IMG/VR virus record: IMGVR_UViG_2933279956_000001
Coordinates: 39,805 to 103,804 of that record
Length of the DNA stretch: 64,000 bases
Reading direction: 5' to 3' (one strand)
From: a virus
Taxonomy: Duplodnaviria > Caudoviricetes
Shown here: piece by piece, positions 60,006 through 64,000 of the stretch
Numbering within the stretch: the first letter of the stretch is position 1
Layout: the number at the start of each line of letters is the position of its first letter
Program-made: the position numbers and the translations under genes
Notes under the pieces: model-generated
Seen by the model: the letters and a program-made list of their open reading frames with translations, nothing else
Told to the model about the DNA's origin: nothing
The model's database searches: none

Positions 60006-60836
60006 ATGACAGCCGCACCTGTCGAAAGTCGACTTGACAGGCTAGCCTGTCACCTCGTGAGCCGAGCCCAGGACGACCTCAACCGCCAGACGACGGCCGA
60101 GCGGGTGCGGGCGCTAGCGCTGGAGCTGGCGGGACAGCTGAGCCACCGCGGCTCCTCTGTGCGCGACGACGCCGCGGGCCAGCTTGCGCTCATGCGGGCC
60201 GCGGACCTCGTGCGCGAACTCGCCACCGAGCTCGTCGACGGCGCCGCATTGGCCGCCGCCCGGACCGGAGAGGTCACCTACACGCAGCTAGGCCAGGCGA
60301 TCGGCATCAAGCGGCAGAGCGCCCGCACCCGCTGGCCCGACGCCATCCCGGAAGCAGTCCGCCGTCCCGGCAAGCGGCCCGCCGCTGCACCCGTCGCCGA
60401 GGTGAGCACTACACCCCTGGACGTAGAGCCAGGCATCGAGCTGGATGCCTCGGACCAGGACCTGGCGCTGCCGTACAAGAAGGACGCCGATCCGGTACGG
60501 CGCCGCCGCTGGTTCACCGCCGCCCAGCTCGCCGACGTCCAGGTGGTGGCGACCGGCCGCGACGACGGCTCGCACTTCGTGATCGTCGCCGGATACCTGC
60601 TGGGCACGGTCGAGCCGCACCTCAGTGCCAGCGGCCGCCGCTCCGGTTGGGATGCCCGTCACCGCGGTGGCAGCCTGGCCTGGCACCTCGGTACCGGCGT
60701 CAAGGGTGGCGGCACCCGGGCCGCCACCCGCGACAAAGCGGTCACCAACCTGATCTCCGACGTGCATCATTCCTGGCGCAACCACCAAGATCGCGCCCAG
60801 CGCGACACCGTCCTACGAGAGATCGACCCCACCTGA
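60006..60836 (+). CDS. HTH-containing hypothetical protein
   Basis: TYTQLGQAIGIKRQSARTRW HTH. Confidence 0.6.
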   Translation: MTAAPVESRLDRLACHLVSRAQDDLNRQTTAERVRALALELAGQLSHRGSSVRDDAAGQLALMRAADLVRELATELVDGAALAAARTGEVTYTQLGQAIGIKRQSARTRWPDAIPEAVRRPGKRPAAAPVAEVSTTPLDVEPGIELDASDQDLALPYKKDADPVRRRRWFTAAQLADVQVVATGRDDGSHFVIVAGYLLGTVEPHLSASGRRSGWDARHRGGSLAWHLGTGVKGGGTRAATRDKAVTNLISDVHHSWRNHQDRAQRDTVLREIDPT

Positions 60837-60851
60837 GAACGGAGAGCCACA

Positions 60852-61355
60852 ATGGAACACACCACCCCCGACCCAAACCCGCGCCCCGTGGCGAACCGCC
60901 TCTTCGACAACGACGACTTCCACCGCCGCGCAAACGCCGACGATGCCCTCCGTGCCTATTTCCGCTGGGCCGATGTCGAATGGGACGAGGAGGTCCAGAA
61001 GATCGGCCAGGGCGAGGACCGCACCGCGTTTCTCGTCAACAGCATCGTGTACAAGCTGGGCTCCCGGGCGTCCGCCAACGCCTACGACCACCAAACGCTC
61101 GAAGCCGCCCGCCGGGCCGGGAAGCCGTGGGCGCCCCCCTCCTGCCTCTTCGAGATCACTACAGAGTTCGGCGTCCAACACGTGATGGCCATGCCGTACA
61201 TCGTGAGCGACGGCACGGACGCCGATCCGGACGCTCTGGCCCGGATGTTCAAGGACGCCGGGGACGAAATCGACTTCACGAACTACAGCGTCATCAACGG
61301 CCAGCCGATCGTCATCGATGGGTGTACTGTCCGCCGGGGCTCCTGGTACGCGTAA
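60852..61355 (+). CDS. minimal protein-kinase-like protein
   Basis: IGQGEDRTAF Gly loop, VYK, MPYI hinge, DEIDFTN, PIVID. Confidence 0.45.
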   Translation: MEHTTPDPNPRPVANRLFDNDDFHRRANADDALRAYFRWADVEWDEEVQKIGQGEDRTAFLVNSIVYKLGSRASANAYDHQTLEAARRAGKPWAPPSCLFEITTEFGVQHVMAMPYIVSDGTDADPDALARMFKDAGDEIDFTNYSVINGQPIVIDGCTVRRGSWYA

Positions 61356-61459
61356 CGGAGCGCGCTGGCCCTCGAACATGCCCGCGCCGGCGAGCTGCTG
61401 GCCGCGCTGCGCACCAACCACCCCGACCCCACCAACCCGCCGTCGCCGAAGGGCTCCGC

Positions 61460-62839
61460 ATGACCAGCAACGTCGCCTACCGCCTCAACCACGACCAGGA
61501 CAGCACCAGCGCCTCCGACGGAATCTCCCGCTACGGCGCCTACCTACGGCTGAACGCCCACAAGTTCGCCGCGGCTTTCGAGTACGCCAACGCAGCCGAC
61601 TTCGCCGCCGTCGCCTTCGAGGTCGCCACCGCGCCGATCATGACGCCCGCCTACGCGCAGGAGCACCGGCGCATCATCACCACCCGCCTGGCACCCTTCT
61701 CCGAGCACCTGATCGCCCGCGTCGAGCTGGTCACCGGCCGTCCAGACGCGTTGCGGGCCCCGGCCTTCCGCGGCGAGTCACGCTGGTACGGCTGGCCCAC
61801 CAGCGCCAGCGCGTTCGGCGCCCACTCCTACCTGCCCGACAGCGACGACATCGCCGAGCGCTCCTACCTGCTGACCTCCACCACCGCCCACTTCGCCCTG
61901 ACCGCCGCCGAGCTGCCGCTGCCCGCCGGGCCCGACGACGAGATCGAACTGCACGCCATGCGCGCCCTGGAGATCGTCATCGACCAGCTCAACGACGTCC
62001 TCAACCCGATCATCGCCGCCCTCGAACGCGACGGAATGGGAGCGCGGTGATGGCCTACACCGCCCAGGAGGTCGCCGACATGGCTCACCACATCCGCAAC
62101 TGCCAAAACTGCGGCGCCGGCGACCCCGACATCGTCGGCGACACCTACGCCGAGGATCTTCCGCCCGAGGAACTGGCCAGCTACATCGCCTCATCCCACC
62201 GCTTCGATGCCCACCTTCGGAACACCGTGAGCGGCTCGCCGTTCTGACGTTCCCCTGGCGCGGTTTCGGCTGCCCGCTATTGTCGAACATGTGAACGAGA
62301 CTCACTGCCGGAGGATGGCCGCGCAGGCGCGCACCCTGGCCTGCGCCCTCCTGGCCGCCGGCGAGGTGTTCCCGACGCTGCTCGGCTACCACCGGCAGTA
62401 CGGCGACGCCCTCGTGGAGCTCGCCGACCTGGCCGACCGCAGCACCGGCGCCCAGATGCAGCGGCGCACCCGGGCGCTGACCGCGATGGGGCACGTGCTG
62501 CACGAGGCCCTGCGCATCCGCTACGCCGACGGTCTGGCCGCGCACGCGGCCCGGCTCGGCATCACCGCGTCCGAGGTCGAGCAGCGTCTTCATCCGCCGC
62601 TGCCCGCCGAAGACGCCGACGACGACGAACGCGCCGCGTACGAGCGCAGCATCTACGGCCGCTCCGCCCTGTGGCACAAGCTTGGCATCACCGGCCTGAC
62701 CGGCGACGACCGGCACGCTGCCTTCCAGCTGATCCGCCTGGTGTGGGTGAGCGCGAGCAGCCGCGCCGACATCGAGATGTTCCTGAAGCGGCTCGAAGCG
62801 CTGGTGTACGCGCTACGGGACTCCACCACCAAGGTGTGA
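61460..62839 (+). other. three hypothetical genes (61460-62050, 62050-62247, 62291-62839)
   Basis: High GC3 natural ORFs. Confidence 0.6.
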
Positions 62840-62918
62840 TGTCCCTCACCGAATTCCCGGATGCGAAAGCGCATCCGAGAATGTACGGTCGTGACTGTAG
62901 TTCCCCGGTCGGTTCAGA

Positions 62919-63014
62919 CGGGGTTGCGGGGGCGCGGGTCGAACGAACATCGGTTATCACCTTGCAAAGATGACACCCCGGTGTTCATTCCTACATCCGC
63001 GCTTCTACAGCTTC
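62919..63014 (+). ncRNA. Y RNA-like gene 1 (short, without T/D arms)
   Basis: Terminal stem, GGGTCGAA...TCGGTTATC 5' motifs and ACATCCG 3' motif shared with units 2-4. Confidence 0.7.
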
Positions 63015-63024
63015 GTGTGGCCGG

Positions 63025-63188
63025 TGGGGTGTGATGAGGGCACGGGTCGAAGTCCTGTCGGTTATCGCCTTGTATGCGGGTGGTCGCAGGTTCAAGTCCT
63101 GCTCGGAGCTCCGGCTCCGGTAGCTCAGTTGGCAGAGCGCCTAAACGGCCGGTGGGCATCCCCACATCCGTGCCCCCATCACACCCCA
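63025..63188 (+). ncRNA. Y RNA (YrlA-like) gene 2 with permuted tRNA-Thr(UGU) module
   Basis: Long terminal stem, GGGTCGAAG; loop CTTGTAT, T arm GCAGG-TTCAAGT-CCTGC, closed acceptor stem, D arm GCTC-AGTTGGCA-GAGC. Confidence 0.88.
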
Positions 63189-63197
63189 TGTGATCAG

Positions 63198-63354
63198 TTC
63201 GTCAGCCCGGCCGGGCGCATGGGTCGAATCCAGTCGGTTATCGAAAGCAGATACAGGTTCGACTCCTGCGACAGCCCGTTCAGGCTGTCCGGCCCAGGTC
63301 GGCTGGGCGCCCGGCTCGGAGCACCACATCCATGCGCCCGGCCGGGCTGACGAA
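63198..63354 (+). ncRNA. Y RNA (YrlA-like) gene 3
   Basis: Perfect long terminal stem, GGGTCGAA, T arm CAGG-TTCGACT-CCTG, acceptor-like GACAGCC/GGCTGTC, D-like hairpin. Confidence 0.85.
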
Positions 63355-63359
63355 ACCTC

Positions 63360-63502
63360 GGGGAGGGCGGGTCGAAGCATGATCGGTTATCGCCTCTGGA
63401 GCGAGTAGTTCGGGTTCGAGTCCCGGCGAGCGGCCCAGGCCGCTCGTGGTGTAACGGCAGCACGCTTCCACGGCCGGTCCGCACCCCACATCCGCCCTCC
63501 CC
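63360..63502 (+). ncRNA. Y RNA (YrlA-like) gene 4 with permuted tRNA-Gln(CUG) module
   Basis: GGGTCGAAG; loop CTCTGGA, T loop TTCGAGT, acceptor CGAGCGG-C-CCA-GG-CCGCTCG, Gln-type D arm TGGTGTAACGGCAGCAC. Confidence 0.88.
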
Positions 63503-63507
63503 TCCCT

Positions 63508-63535
63508 CACATCCGCCCCTGTCGGGGCGGGTCGA
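63508..63535 (+). promoter_or_regulatory. permuted Y-RNA helix hairpin in the Ro60 leader
   Basis: CACATCCGCCCC-TGTC-GGGGCGGGTCGA, 7 nt upstream of the AGGAGG RBS at 63543-63548. Confidence 0.6.
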
Positions 63536-63554
63536 TCCCCTCAGGAGGTGCCTC

Positions 63555-64000
63555 ATGGCCCGCGATCCTCTCGCCAGCATTTCCGCAACCGAAACTCCGC
63601 AGACACGGCCGATCCCCGGCCGTACCGACCAGGTCCGCAATAGCGCGGGCGGCTTCGTCTTCGACAAGGACCTGTGGAACCGCCTGGAGGACTTCCTCAT
63701 CCTGGGCACCACGGGCGGTACCTACTACGTGAGCGAGGAGAAGCTCACCGCCGACAACGCTGGCGTCCTCTTCCAGGCCATCGCTGAGGACGGCCCGCGC
63801 GTCGTGGCCATGCTCACCGACATGTCGACCGCCCACCCGCCGCGGGCTCCGAAGCAGCGGCCCGCTCTGTTCGCTCTTGCCGCCTGCTATGCGAAGGGCG
63901 ACCCGGACACCCGCCAGGCCGCCAAGCTCGCGCTGGCGAAGGTGGCGCGGACGACAGATCATCTCGCCCAGTTCTTCGGCTACTACAAGAACCTGGGCGG
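63555..64000 (+). CDS. rsr: Ro60/TROVE domain RNA-binding protein (5' part, runs off the window; absent from ORF track)
   Basis: MARDPL...QVRNSAGGFVF..DLW.RL..FLILGT.GGTYY...RAPKQRPALFALA...RT..HL..F; AGGAGG RBS. Confidence 0.93.
   Translation, partial: MARDPLASISATETPQTRPIPGRTDQVRNSAGGFVFDKDLWNRLEDFLILGTTGGTYYVSEEKLTADNAGVLFQAIAEDGPRVVAMLTDMSTAHPPRAPKQRPALFALAACYAKGDPDTRQAAKLALAKVARTTDHLAQFFGYYKNLG

Noticed and set aside
63025-63502. Canonical tRNA gene cluster
   Set aside because: Arms are in permuted order (T arm before D arm), acceptor stems are closed by loops and each unit is enclosed in a long Y-type stem
62919-63535. CRISPR array
   Set aside because: Only short motifs are shared, unit lengths vary from about 96 to 164 nt, and no cas genes were seen
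62914-63962. ORF-track ORFs over the RNA array and antisense to Ro60
   Set aside because: They overlap structured RNAs or the true plus-strand TROVE frame and look non-coding

Overview
High-GC actinomycete mobile DNA with no housekeeping genes. It reads as a large plasmid or phage-plasmid mosaic. 1-25 kb is a temperate-phage-like early region: tyrosine recombinase, putative replication initiator next to an iteron/DnaA-box origin at about 7.2-7.4 kb, RusA, RecT/YqaJ, a divergent repressor/excisionase switch, XRE-DUF397 and GntR modules. 25-46 kb holds many small minus-strand genes (stand-alone RNAP alpha-CTD, DUF2786/vWA, prim-pol, PIN toxin-antitoxin, HU, ArdC-like) around an RHH-parA-parB locus with four copies of a GTGATTAC-N3-GTAATCAC palindrome. 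46-58.5 kb is a Rep region plus an actinomycete conjugation module (TraB-type FtsK ATPase, Spd-like membrane proteins, BldC-like HTH, Kor-like GntR with operator, NUDIX). The most striking feature is at the right end and is absent from the ORF track. A Ro60/TROVE (Rsr) gene, truncated by the window edge, is preceded by a tandem array of four Y RNA-like genes. Two of them contain complete circularly permuted tRNAs with anticodon arms (Thr-UGU, and Gln-CUG with CCA in the closed acceptor loop). A permuted copy of the shared putative Ro-binding helix abuts the Ro60 ribosome-binding site. No virion structural genes were recognised. All calls are by eye from motifs, with no database searches. Many starts were trimmed by hand to likely codons.
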